Shown here: positions 45,067-54,247 of the stretch, in pieces | How positions within the stretch are numbered: position 1 is the first letter of the stretch | How the letters are laid out: each line of letters begins with the position of its first letter | Virus record (IMG/VR): IMGVR_UViG_3300045988_167643 | DNA from: a virus | Length of the DNA stretch: 64,000 bases | Direction: 5' to 3' (one strand) | Made by a program: the position numbers and the translations under genes | The notes under the pieces: model-generated | The model's input: the letters and a program-made list of their open reading frames with translations, nothing else | Database searches by the model: none | Told to the model about the DNA's origin: nothing

Positions 45067-45720
45067 ATGGCAGTAAGTTTAACAAAAGGGCAAAAAGTAA
45101 ATCTTTCAAAAGCAGTAGAGAAACTGGCAAATGTAACTGTAGGACTTGGATGGGATATGGCACAGAGCGGAAGCAGAATTGATTGTGATTCTTCTGTATT
45201 TGTACTTCGTGAATCCACAAAACGAATTTCAAAGAAAGTGAAATCTGGACTGTTCGGACTTTTTTCAAAGGTAGAAACAGATGAAGTTACAGAATGTAGT
45301 CTGACAAGATCTGATGATATTATTTATTATGGAAATCTTACACATGATAGCGGTTGCGTTAAACATAGGGGTGACAATCTTGTTGGTGGAAAGGGCAAAA
45401 GAAATGATGACGAACAGATTGCGATTGATTTGAAGAAAATGCCGCCGGATATTAAGAAGTTGGTAGTGGTTGTGAATATCTACAACTGTAGAGTTAAGGG
45501 GCAGCATTTTGGAATGATCAAAAACTGTTATGCAAGAATTGTAGATGATGCAACCAAAGAAGAAATTTGTCGCTACAATCTTACAGATGGTTATGACAAA
45601 TGTACAGCACTTATCGTTGGAGAGCTGTATCGTGACGAAAATGATGAATGGCAGTTTAAAGCTATCGGTGAGGGAACACAGGATGGTAGTATTTCTGATA
45701 TGGCAAAAAGATACAAATAA
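45067..45720 (+). CDS. terD: TerD-domain protein with internal insertion
   Basis: VGLGWD, IDCDSSVFVL, HRGDNLVGGKGKRNDDEQI, DEWQFKAIGEG; about 30 extra residues after the first block. Confidence 0.8.
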   Translation: MAVSLTKGQKVNLSKAVEKLANVTVGLGWDMAQSGSRIDCDSSVFVLRESTKRISKKVKSGLFGLFSKVETDEVTECSLTRSDDIIYYGNLTHDSGCVKHRGDNLVGGKGKRNDDEQIAIDLKKMPPDIKKLVVVVNIYNCRVKGQHFGMIKNCYARIVDDATKEEICRYNLTDGYDKCTALIVGELYRDENDEWQFKAIGEGTQDGSISDMAKRYK

Positions 45721-45750
45721 CGAAGGAAATAATGAAGGAGATAAAGTGAT

Positions 45751-46329
45751 ATGTCAGTAAGTCTTAAAAAGGGAGATAAAGTTGCACTGTCAAAGGACAG
45801 TATTGTAAATAGAATTTCCGTTTGCCTTGGTTGGGACACAGCAAAGTATGATGATGATGGAGATTTTGATTTGGATGCTTCTGCATTTGTTGTTACCAAA
45901 GCTGGTATAACAAGATCTGATAATGATTTTGTATTTTACAATAACCTGAAACATCCGAGTGGTGGAGTAATCCATAGCGGAGATAATTTAACAGGCTTTG
46001 GAGAGGGTGATGATGAAGTCATCAAAGTGGATCTTGAAAAACTTCCAAAATATGCGGACAGAGTAGTATTTTGTGTGACCATTTTTGAGGCAGAACGCCG
46101 TATGCAGAATTTTGGCATGGTGGAAAACTCATATATCCGTATTGTAGATGATGTAACTGGAAACGAAATTATGAGATACGATCTCAAAGAGAAGTTCGGA
46201 AATTCTACAGCTATCATTGCTGGTGAAATTTATCGTGATGAATCAAAATGGAAGTTTCATGCAGTAGGAGAAGGACGGGATGGCGGTCTTTTAGAACTGT
46301 GCAAAGAATTTGAAGTAGAGGTAGAATAA
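45751..46329 (+). CDS. terD: TerD-domain protein
   Basis: VCLGWD, DFDLDASAFVV, HSGDNLTGFGEGDDEVI, NFGMVENSYIRI, SKWKFHAVGEG. Confidence 0.85.
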   Translation: MSVSLKKGDKVALSKDSIVNRISVCLGWDTAKYDDDGDFDLDASAFVVTKAGITRSDNDFVFYNNLKHPSGGVIHSGDNLTGFGEGDDEVIKVDLEKLPKYADRVVFCVTIFEAERRMQNFGMVENSYIRIVDDVTGNEIMRYDLKEKFGNSTAIIAGEIYRDESKWKFHAVGEGRDGGLLELCKEFEVEVE

Positions 46330-46330
46330 A

Positions 46331-47098
46331 ATGACAGTAGGAACAAGTAATGTAGTTATCTTTTGTCTCTCAATCTTGGGAGTAATTATTATTGCGGCAC
46401 TGATTTTAAACAAAACATTTTTCAAGCAACTCGTAATTAAGTTCAGAGGAAGAACGGAAGAAATCGCAAGACAGGACGCTTCTACGCCGGATGGTGCAAG
46501 AGATTATTTCAATAATGCGATCAGAGAAAAAGAGACTCTGTACAGCAAAGCAGAACAGTCTTATACAGAGATTGCCGGTAAACTGGATGAAGCAGAAAAA
46601 GAACAGTACGACCTCAAAAAAGAACTTATGAAGATTGATAAGTCTATCAATAATTGTCTGGATTCTGGTGATGATGATACTGCAAGACAGTATGCTATGA
46701 AGAAGATTACTATTCAGGGTAAGATTGAGACGTTGAAAGATACTATTGAAGAATACAAAAAAGCAAAAGAGCAGCAGAATGAAATCCGTAGTGCTATTAA
46801 GCAGGAACTCGATGAACTCAAAGAGGAAAAAGAAAGAACGGTTTATCAAATGGAAGCAGATCAGCAGATTATTTCTCTGCATGAGGGCATGAATGCAAGT
46901 GCAAGCACAAACGAAAGTGACCGTATGCTTGAAAGAGTGCGCGAGGGTGCGAAGAAAACAAGAGAACGTGCAGCAGGAGCGCAGATTGCTTATGACACAA
47001 GTACAGAGGCAATGGATCGCAGAATGGAAACACAGGAAAGAAATCGTGCGGCTGATGAAGTACTTGCTGAGATGAAACGAAGGAGAAACAACAAATAA
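46331..47098 (+). CDS. PspA/IM30-like coiled-coil protein with N-terminal TM
   Basis: TM VVIFCLSILGVIIIAALIL, then heptad-rich region with CLDSGDDDTARQYAMKKITIQGKIETLK resembling the PspA ALxxGdEdLAreAL block. Confidence 0.45.
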   Translation: MTVGTSNVVIFCLSILGVIIIAALILNKTFFKQLVIKFRGRTEEIARQDASTPDGARDYFNNAIREKETLYSKAEQSYTEIAGKLDEAEKEQYDLKKELMKIDKSINNCLDSGDDDTARQYAMKKITIQGKIETLKDTIEEYKKAKEQQNEIRSAIKQELDELKEEKERTVYQMEADQQIISLHEGMNASASTNESDRMLERVREGAKKTRERAAGAQIAYDTSTEAMDRRMETQERNRAADEVLAEMKRRRNNK

Positions 47099-47193
47099 TG
47101 ATTGTTATAAATATCGGGGCATTTATCATTTGTATTGCAACAGCTTTTATTGTAGGTTTCTGCACTGGAAAAGTAAAGAAGAAAAAGAATTAA
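47098..47193 (+). CDS. 31-aa TM peptide
   Basis: ATG overlaps previous stop (TAATG); MIVINIGAFIICIATAFIVGFCTGKVKKKKN. Confidence 0.35.
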   Translation: MIVINIGAFIICIATAFIVGFCTGKVKKKKN

Positions 47194-47573
47194 GAAGTTG
47201 AATAGTGGAATGTTGGCTTAGAAGCAGCCATCATCTAAGGAGTAGGGCTTTAAGTCTAAAGGTATGAAAAACTTCAATCGAAGATAAACGAGTAAGAGAA
47301 TAGGATGTAAAGAGTTATGATACGTCACCCCTTAACAGGTAAGGACAAGTCCCCTTTTGGCGTAATAGCACACCACTATTAATATTTTAGATGCATTTAA
47401 AAAATTAGGTCGTGCAGTGGCAGAATGGACATATGCGTATAATAATGCTTTATTTACAAAATTAGGCATATTATAATGGCGAATTTATGTCAGTAAACAA
47501 AATTGATAAAATTTGCTTATATAGGGTTCAAATCCCTATCTGCACATTAAATCTTAAAGAAAGGAGAATAAAA

Positions 47574-48953
47574 ATGATAGAGGGTATTGTATTACCAGAG
47601 TCCGTAAAATCTATATTTTACGTACTTAATCGTAATGGTTATGAAGCCTATCTTGTAGGTGGAGCTGTACGAAATTCTATTATAGGATTACCTGTACACG
47701 ACTGGGATATCTGCACAAATGCCTTGCCGGAAGACGTATGTAAATTATTCCGTAGTAAAGGATTTCGTGTAGTAGAAACAGGCTTGCAGCATGGCACTGT
47801 AACTGTCATGGTAAATTATCGTGGATACGAGATAACTACTTATAGAACTGATGGAAAATATACTGATAGTCGCCATCCAGATTCTGTAAAATTTATCGGA
47901 AGTATTCACGAAGATTTAGCAAGACGTGATTTTACAATGAATGCAATTGCTTATAATGACGATGATGGATTTATTGATCCGTTCAATGGACTAAAAGATA
48001 TTGAGAATAAAGTTATACGATGTGTAGGCACACCTGTTGATAGATTCACAGAAGATCCGTTACGTATTATGAGAGCTGTAAGGTTTGCCGCCCAATTAGG
48101 ATTCCATATTGAAAACTATACCAATATTGCAATGGTACAAACAAATGATGGTTTGTCAAAGATTTCTGCAGAAAGAATACAATCAGAGCTGTGTAAGATT
48201 CTTATTTCAGATCATCCTGAGTATGTACTTGATTATTATATTGATATTTCACCGGCAATTCCTGAGTTAAGTAAGATGATGGGATGCTCTCAAAATAACA
48301 TGTATCACATTTATGATGTATGGAATCACACCAGATTTTCATTAACAGCTTGTAGAATACATGAATTAGAGACCAGACTTGCTATCTTATTGCACGATAT
48401 TGGTAAACCAGAATCAAAAACTGTAGATCGAGGAATTGAGCACTTCTATGGACATGCTGTTAAAAGTGCAGAGATTACTGAATCACTACTTCGTAGACTA
48501 AAATTTTCCAACGAGATTAGGGAATCTGTAGTAGAACTTGTAGCAAGTCATGATATGGAAATTGTACCAAAACCAAATAAAATTAAAAAATATCTGAATA
48601 AACTTGGTGAAGCACAACTTAGAAGACTGTTAGATGTAAGATTCTGCGATATTATGGCACACAATCCGTATTATGCAAAAGATCGTCTATGGGAAATTTT
48701 TCGTGCAGAAGAAATATTAAATGAAGTTCTGGCAGAAGCGAAGTGTTTTTCTATAAAAGATTTGGCTATAAATGGGAAGGATATTATGGAACTTGGCGTA
48801 CCGGAAGGACCAGATGTCGGAAAATGGCTTAAATATGCATTAGAGGAAGTAATTAATGACAGGTTGGATAACGGCAAAGAAGATATTCTAAACGATATTG
48901 AGGCTAAATTATTTGCAGAAAGAGAAGAAGGTAATGACGAGGAAATGTCCTAA
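47574..48953 (+). CDS. cca: CCA-adding tRNA nucleotidyltransferase
   Basis: ATG 47574 after AAAGGAGAATAAAA. Blocks GGAVRNSIIGLPVHDWDICT, RDFTMNA, EDPLRIMRAVRFA and HD motif LLHDIGKP. Confidence 0.85.
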   Translation: MIEGIVLPESVKSIFYVLNRNGYEAYLVGGAVRNSIIGLPVHDWDICTNALPEDVCKLFRSKGFRVVETGLQHGTVTVMVNYRGYEITTYRTDGKYTDSRHPDSVKFIGSIHEDLARRDFTMNAIAYNDDDGFIDPFNGLKDIENKVIRCVGTPVDRFTEDPLRIMRAVRFAAQLGFHIENYTNIAMVQTNDGLSKISAERIQSELCKILISDHPEYVLDYYIDISPAIPELSKMMGCSQNNMYHIYDVWNHTRFSLTACRIHELETRLAILLHDIGKPESKTVDRGIEHFYGHAVKSAEITESLLRRLKFSNEIRESVVELVASHDMEIVPKPNKIKKYLNKLGEAQLRRLLDVRFCDIMAHNPYYAKDRLWEIFRAEEILNEVLAEAKCFSIKDLAINGKDIMELGVPEGPDVGKWLKYALEEVINDRLDNGKEDILNDIEAKLFAEREEGNDEEMS

Positions 48954-49122
48954 ATGTGGTCAATATATGAGTTCTGCAATTAAATACGATTATGGACACC
49001 CTATTGTTGTACATGAGTGTTCATGTGGCTATTCTGAATTGCAAGAGTGGATGAAATATAGCGACAAACTAAATTATGATAATGTTACAAAAACTTGTAA
49101 AGATTCAATTGGAGGAATTTAA
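48934..49122 (+). CDS. zinc-ribbon protein
   Basis: CPKCG...CSCG; internal ATG of track ORF 48898-49122. Confidence 0.45.
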   Translation: MTRKCPKCGQYMSSAIKYDYGHPIVVHECSCGYSELQEWMKYSDKLNYDNVTKTCKDSIGGI

Positions 49123-49790
49123 TGAGATTTTATATTGCAGACAATCATTTTCATCATGCAAAAATGAATACTGCTATGGATAAACGTGGTTTTGAATCAC
49201 TGGAAGCAATGCATGATTACATGATTAAGCAGTGGAATTCTGTTGTAAGAAAGAACGATGAAGTTGTAATCCTTGGAGATTTTTCACTTGGGAAGGGTGA
49301 GGAAACAAATGGAATACTTCGTCAGTTAAATGGGAAGAAGTTTTTAGTAAATGGTGGACATGACAAGTTTTTACAAGACAGGAAATTTGACCAGTCACTA
49401 TTTCAGTGGATTAAGCCTTATGCAGAAATGCATGATGATGGAAGAAAAGTAGTCTTATGTCACTATCCAATATTTTGCTATAATGGACAGTTTCGTACTG
49501 ATAAAGATGGTAAACCCATTACCTGGATGCTGCATGGACACACTCATCTTACGGAAGATCAGGAATTAGTGGAACAGTTCAAAGACATAACGAGAAGTAC
49601 ATTACGTAAATCAAAATATGATAATGAATCAAAAACAATTCCGGTACAGATGATTGATTGTTTTTGCATGTTATCTGATTATAAACCACTTACATTGGAC
49701 CAGTGGATTGAAATGGAACAAAGTGGTGTTATCAAGGATTTGATTGATCGAAAATGGTATTACAGTGACAATAAGAGGAGCAGTGAATGA
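49122..49790 (+). CDS. calcineurin-like metallophosphoesterase
   Basis: FYIADNHFHH, ILGDFS, NGGHD, LHGHTH. Confidence 0.7.
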   Translation: MRFYIADNHFHHAKMNTAMDKRGFESLEAMHDYMIKQWNSVVRKNDEVVILGDFSLGKGEETNGILRQLNGKKFLVNGGHDKFLQDRKFDQSLFQWIKPYAEMHDDGRKVVLCHYPIFCYNGQFRTDKDGKPITWMLHGHTHLTEDQELVEQFKDITRSTLRKSKYDNESKTIPVQMIDCFCMLSDYKPLTLDQWIEMEQSGVIKDLIDRKWYYSDNKRSSE

Positions 49791-50908
49791 GTATTTATAT
49801 TCCTAAGAAGATTAAAGTGGGGTATCAGGATCGTAGTGATACTTATACAGGAAAACTTGCGTATGTAATTTATTATGATGAGAAGAATAAATTGCGTAAG
49901 GAGAAGAGTTGGAATGGTTGGAGAGATAATACAATCGATCCAAATGATTTTGATAACGAACCAACCAGAGGTTTTGTATTAAATAAAAAGGTTGGCGACT
50001 ATGGTGGCAGTTGGGGCGAACACCGACATGCATATTGTAGAATTTACGATCCAAGAGGATTTGAGTTTGAGATTACAATTGAAAATTTGCTTTTCATTTT
50101 GGAACATGCGGATTGCTTAAAAGGTAAGGGACTTGACGGAGAATTTGTATATGGTTGGGATGGTAAAGATTTAGTGCTCATTCCTGTGGATTCTCCGGAT
50201 TATAGAGAAATAAAAGCTTATACAGAAAAGATTCAAAATGGGAAGAAATTTAAAGGTAAAGATCTTATTATTGGAGCAACGTATCTGACAAAGAACAATG
50301 GAAAATGGATATATATGGGTAGATTCGATAAATGGGATACTGAAATTAACAGATACCATACTTATTGGCGAGAAAGTGGTGGATATTGGATTGAATCATT
50401 AGATGATACATGGACCATACGAAACGATGATAAACATAGTGCATACAAACAAATAAATAAAGGGGAATATTATTGGTTCTGTACAGGTAAAAATAATGGA
50501 TGGTGTAGATATCAAAATTATACTTTTGAGAGTAGAAAAAGTATTGGAGACATATTGATTGATTGCATTGATGAAAAACCAAATCAAAAGTATTCTGAAA
50601 TGTTTTCTGATCTTGAGAATAATCACTTTAGCTATAACCCAATAGATTATAATTCTATGACATATGCTAATTTATCTTATGAAAAACTTTTGGAAATAAC
50701 AAATTTTGAAAATTTTTATAAAATGGATGCATACGATAAAGATTTAAATTACTTTGAAGCGTATAAAAATCGTGAAACTGGATTGTTTAAATACAATAAA
50801 AAAGACTATTTATTATCAGAATTATATAATTTATTAAAACCAAAATATAGAATATATAAGCATCTGGATGGTAAAGAATTCCATGATTATGCCAAAAATA
50901 TATATTAA
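49787..50908 (+). CDS. hypothetical protein
   Basis: 373 aa; ATGA overlap. Confidence 0.6.
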   Translation: MSIYIPKKIKVGYQDRSDTYTGKLAYVIYYDEKNKLRKEKSWNGWRDNTIDPNDFDNEPTRGFVLNKKVGDYGGSWGEHRHAYCRIYDPRGFEFEITIENLLFILEHADCLKGKGLDGEFVYGWDGKDLVLIPVDSPDYREIKAYTEKIQNGKKFKGKDLIIGATYLTKNNGKWIYMGRFDKWDTEINRYHTYWRESGGYWIESLDDTWTIRNDDKHSAYKQINKGEYYWFCTGKNNGWCRYQNYTFESRKSIGDILIDCIDEKPNQKYSEMFSDLENNHFSYNPIDYNSMTYANLSYEKLLEITNFENFYKMDAYDKDLNYFEAYKNRETGLFKYNKKDYLLSELYNLLKPKYRIYKHLDGKEFHDYAKNIY

Positions 50909-50928
50909 ATAAAAAAGGAGATAAAACT

Positions 50929-51345
50929 ATGGCAAACAAAAATGACGAAACAATCTTATTATTAAAAAAGAAGGTAGAATTACAGAGAGAAGAACTTGCG
51001 AAGCTTCCAAGATCACTGCAGTCTGAAACTTCTACTGTGTTTAGACCTGATACAGAAAATATGAATCTTCGTGTAATGAGTGTTGAACAGCTTAAATTAT
51101 TAAAGGTAAAATTACATACTTATAAGATGGCAGCACTTGATTTAAATATGGATCTTGATGAGTTTACAATTTCTGGATTTACTATTGACAAATGGATGCA
51201 TGATATTGATATGCAGATTTCTGTATTAACTAGAGCAGAAAAAGAGAAGAAATTAAAAGAGACAGAAAACACTTTGAATAAGCTTTTATCTGATGATAAG
51301 CGTACAGAGCTTGAACTTGAAGCTTTGGCAAAAATGCTTATGTAA
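50929..51345 (+). CDS. hypothetical coiled-coil protein
   Basis: 138 aa; AAAGGAG RBS. Confidence 0.55.
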   Translation: MANKNDETILLLKKKVELQREELAKLPRSLQSETSTVFRPDTENMNLRVMSVEQLKLLKVKLHTYKMAALDLNMDLDEFTISGFTIDKWMHDIDMQISVLTRAEKEKKLKETENTLNKLLSDDKRTELELEALAKMLM

Positions 51346-51406
51346 AAAAATTTATAGCTTTTGTGCTATATATCATAAAACAATTATATCAATATGAGGT
51401 GAAAAC

Positions 51407-51625
51407 ATGACAAAGAAAAATGCATGGAACAAAGTTTATGAAGAAACAGAAAAAACTTACAAGGTGAAAGGTGAAGATGGTAAATGGACAAAAGTTACTG
51501 AAAATGTGACTGTTCTTGCACAGTCTGGGATGAAACCTGGTAAGAAGGAGATTGCTTTTGGAAGAGCTATCCAGAAAATCAAGACAGAGAAGCCAAAAGC
51601 ATTTGCAGGCGATTGGACAAAATAA
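51407..51625 (+). CDS. hypothetical protein
   Basis: 72 aa; GAGGTGAAAAC RBS. Confidence 0.5.
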   Translation: MTKKNAWNKVYEETEKTYKVKGEDGKWTKVTENVTVLAQSGMKPGKKEIAFGRAIQKIKTEKPKAFAGDWTK

Positions 51626-51637
51626 GAGGGGATTAGT

Positions 51638-51811
51638 ATGATTTCGTTCTACATTTTAGTAATTATTGGAGCAATTTTATTATGGATTTTACTTGCAAAT
51701 ATCGGTACATTCAAGTTTATCGGATGGATTTCATCACATTTAAGTAATGGTGTTAAAGATGCAATGGAAGATAAAGAAAATGAAAACAAAGAGGATAAAA
51801 AAGATGAGTAA
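51638..51811 (+). CDS. small membrane protein (57 aa)
   Basis: Below track cutoff; AGAGGGG RBS; FYILVIIGAILLWILLANIG TM; overlaps the SPFH start. Confidence 0.4.
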   Translation: MISFYILVIIGAILLWILLANIGTFKFIGWISSHLSNGVKDAMEDKENENKEDKKDE

Positions 51812-52766
51812 AAAAAGAACTGGTGGAATTATTGCTGGAGCTGTTATTGTTGGTGGACTTGCATTGGGTGGTTTAAACACAGTTAAGATTGACCCTGGTT
51901 ATATTGGGATTATATACGATGCTACTCATGGTGGAGTTAATGGCGAAACTATGAAAGAGGGATGGAACTTTAAAACGCCTACACAGAAAGTAACGGAATA
52001 TTCAATCGCCCTCGAGCAGTCTTATCTTACTAAAGATGATAAGGGGGATTCTGATAAAGACGAAAGCTTTAATATTCCAACATCTGATGGAAAATCAATC
52101 AATGTAGATGTGGAATTCTCATATCGTTTTGATGAGGATAGAATTACAGAAATTTTCAAAACATTTAAAGGTAAGAGTGGTGAAAGTATTAAAAATACAT
52201 TCATTAAACCTAAGATTATTGCGTGGTCTCAGGAAGTATCTGCAAAATATCCTGTAACTGATGTATTTGGTGATAAAAGGCAGGAGCTTAATCAGGCACT
52301 TGATGATTATCTCAAAGCAAAATTCGACAAATACGGAATTATTATTGATACTGTAAACTTTACAAGAATTGAAACAGATGAAGAGACTACAGCTGCAATT
52401 CAGAAAAAGGTAACAGCACAGCAGGATCAGGAGCTTGCAACAATTGAAGCTAAGACTGCGAAGATTAATGCTGAAAAAGAGAAAGAAGTTGCTCTTATCA
52501 CAGCAGAGCAGAATAAAGAAACCGCACAGATTAATGCTGAACAGGCAAAAATCAAAGCAGAAGGTCAGGCAGAAGCTACTAAGATTGCTGCAGAAGCCGA
52601 AGCAGAAGCAAACAAGAAGATTGCAGAGAGCTTAACTCCAGAACTTATTGAGAAAATTAAGATGGAGCGTTGGAATGGCGAACTTCCAATGGTTAGTGGA
52701 TCTTCCGGAACAATTATTAATATGACAGACGATGCCAATGAAACAACTGTCGAAGAAGAGAAATAA
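51804..52766 (+). CDS. SPFH/band-7 (prohibitin-like) membrane protein
   Basis: ATG 51804; N-terminal TM GGIIAGAVIVGGLALGG; SPFH blocks IDPGYIGIIYD, INVDVEFSYRF, IIIDTVNFTRIE; Ala/Glu/Lys-rich coiled-coil tail. Confidence 0.7.
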   Translation: MSKKRTGGIIAGAVIVGGLALGGLNTVKIDPGYIGIIYDATHGGVNGETMKEGWNFKTPTQKVTEYSIALEQSYLTKDDKGDSDKDESFNIPTSDGKSINVDVEFSYRFDEDRITEIFKTFKGKSGESIKNTFIKPKIIAWSQEVSAKYPVTDVFGDKRQELNQALDDYLKAKFDKYGIIIDTVNFTRIETDEETTAAIQKKVTAQQDQELATIEAKTAKINAEKEKEVALITAEQNKETAQINAEQAKIKAEGQAEATKIAAEAEAEANKKIAESLTPELIEKIKMERWNGELPMVSGSSGTIINMTDDANETTVEEEK

Positions 52767-52767
52767 T

Positions 52768-52923
52768 ATGGATAAAAGAGAATTACATAATAATATTATT
52801 TACGCTTTAACCGAGGCTGATAGTGTAAATGAGTCTATTAATATCTTATGCGAATGTGGTATTTACATTGATAAAGCCGAATCGTTTAAAGATGTTTTAG
52901 AGAAAATTTATGAAGTTTGGTAA
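52768..52923 (+). CDS. small hypothetical protein
   Basis: ATG 52768 immediately after the SPFH stop. Confidence 0.4.
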   Translation: MDKRELHNNIIYALTEADSVNESINILCECGIYIDKAESFKDVLEKIYEVW

Positions 52924-52975
52924 TAAATAACAATCTGGTCTGCCTTAACCGGTGGACCAGAGAAATGGAGAAGAT

Positions 52976-53227
52976 ATGATAATAATTAAAACATTTATTA
53001 TGTTGATTTTATGTGTAGTATTTCCGATTTGCTTATTTACATGGATATTGGCAATGATCTGGATGTTTACACCATTTGATCCATTAAAAAGATTATGTCA
53101 TGACATTCTAGGTTGGCATAAGCCAAGTGGAGTATATCATCATTTTTCAAAAGGTGTTCGGAAGAAATGTAAAATTTGCGGATGCGATATTGTATCTGAT
53201 GGAGCCGGTGGTTGGAGAAAATGGTAA
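52976..53227 (+). CDS. membrane protein with C-terminal CxxC
   Basis: ATG 52976 after GGAGAAG; two TM segments. Confidence 0.45.
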   Translation: MIIIKTFIMLILCVVFPICLFTWILAMIWMFTPFDPLKRLCHDILGWHKPSGVYHHFSKGVRKKCKICGCDIVSDGAGGWRKW

Positions 53228-53240
53228 AAGGATGGATCTT

Positions 53241-53492
53241 ATGAGTAAAAATAATAAGGATTACGAGGTTTTATACGCATTAAGAGATAAAAAAACTAAA
53301 AAAATTGTCAGAGCAACAAAATGCAAGGGCGGATCATTTTATAAAAACCGATATATGTGCGAAAAACGTTGCACTCAGTTTAATGATGTACATAAATTAG
53401 CAAATTGTACAAATGATTTTGAATATGAAGTCGGTGAATATGCAGTTGTAGATATTGAAAAATATAAAGAATTAATTGGAGAAAAGCAGTGA
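53241..53492 (+). CDS. hypothetical protein
   Basis: Internal ATG (53232 or 53241) of track ORF 53127-53492. Confidence 0.45.
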   Translation: MSKNNKDYEVLYALRDKKTKKIVRATKCKGGSFYKNRYMCEKRCTQFNDVHKLANCTNDFEYEVGEYAVVDIEKYKELIGEKQ

Positions 53493-54247
53493 TTTATATA
53501 ACAGGTGACACGCATGGTGATGTAACAAGACTAAGTATGGATAATTTTCCAGAGCAGAAAACGTTTACCGATCAAAATGAAAATTATGTAATTATTTGTG
53601 GTGACTTCGGATTGGTTTGGAATTATCTAACTGAAACACATTCAGAAAAGTATTGGCTTAACTGGCTTGAGAATAAAAAGTTTACAACTCTTTTTGTTGA
53701 TGGTAATCACGATTGTCATCCTAGACTTGCAGACTATCCTGTAAAAGAATGGAATAGTGGACTGGTCCATGAGATTAGACCACATGTATTGCATCTGATG
53801 AGAGGACAAGTTTTTAATATTGATGGCTGCACAATATTTACTTTTGGTGGTGCAAGATCCCATGATATTGAGAATTTGCTTGATTTAGATGATCCAGACT
53901 TTACAGAGAAACAAAAACAACTTAGAAAAGATAATTTATTTTATAGAGTAAAAGGCATCTCATGGTGGGAAGAAGAAATGCCAACTCAAGAAGAGATGCA
54001 AATTGGATTAGATAATTTAGAAAATAACAACTGGAAAGTTGATTATATAATTACACATGACTGTACTTCAAGTACAAAAGCTTTGTATAGTCATGGGTCT
54101 TTTAAGACAGATGAACTAAATGCATATTTAGAAGAAATTAAATATAAGTGTGAATTTAAGAAATGGTTCTTCGGACACTTACATGATGATAAGCAGATAA
54201 ATGATAAAGAAATTTTACTATATCACCAGATTGTGAGGATTTGGTAA
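53489..54247 (+). CDS. calcineurin-like metallophosphoesterase
   Basis: IYITGDTHGD, ICGDFG, VDGNHD, ITHDC, GHLH; GTG start overlapping the upstream stop. Confidence 0.7.
   Translation: MIYITGDTHGDVTRLSMDNFPEQKTFTDQNENYVIICGDFGLVWNYLTETHSEKYWLNWLENKKFTTLFVDGNHDCHPRLADYPVKEWNSGLVHEIRPHVLHLMRGQVFNIDGCTIFTFGGARSHDIENLLDLDDPDFTEKQKQLRKDNLFYRVKGISWWEEEMPTQEEMQIGLDNLENNNWKVDYIITHDCTSSTKALYSHGSFKTDELNAYLEEIKYKCEFKKWFFGHLHDDKQINDKEILLYHQIVRIW

Noticed and set aside
45545-45760. Short + strand ORFs nested out of frame inside larger genes (also 7122-7310, 40183-40365, 46893-47075, 52435-52635, 62460-62663, 63225-63407)
   Set aside because: They are fully contained in well-supported genes and have basic, low-complexity translations typical of alternative frames.
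47201-47380. 8-bp complementary ends (AATAGTGG / CCACTATT) suggesting a closed 180-nt structured RNA
   Set aside because: Roughly one such 8-mer pairing is expected by chance in a region of about 400 nt. This is not evidence on its own.
47412-47546. Intron-containing tRNA or tmRNA-like gene ending at the T-arm motif
   Set aside because: No D arm or anticodon arm could be folded. The 135-nt span is too short for a group I intron and far too short for tmRNA. It is kept only as a motif-level finding.
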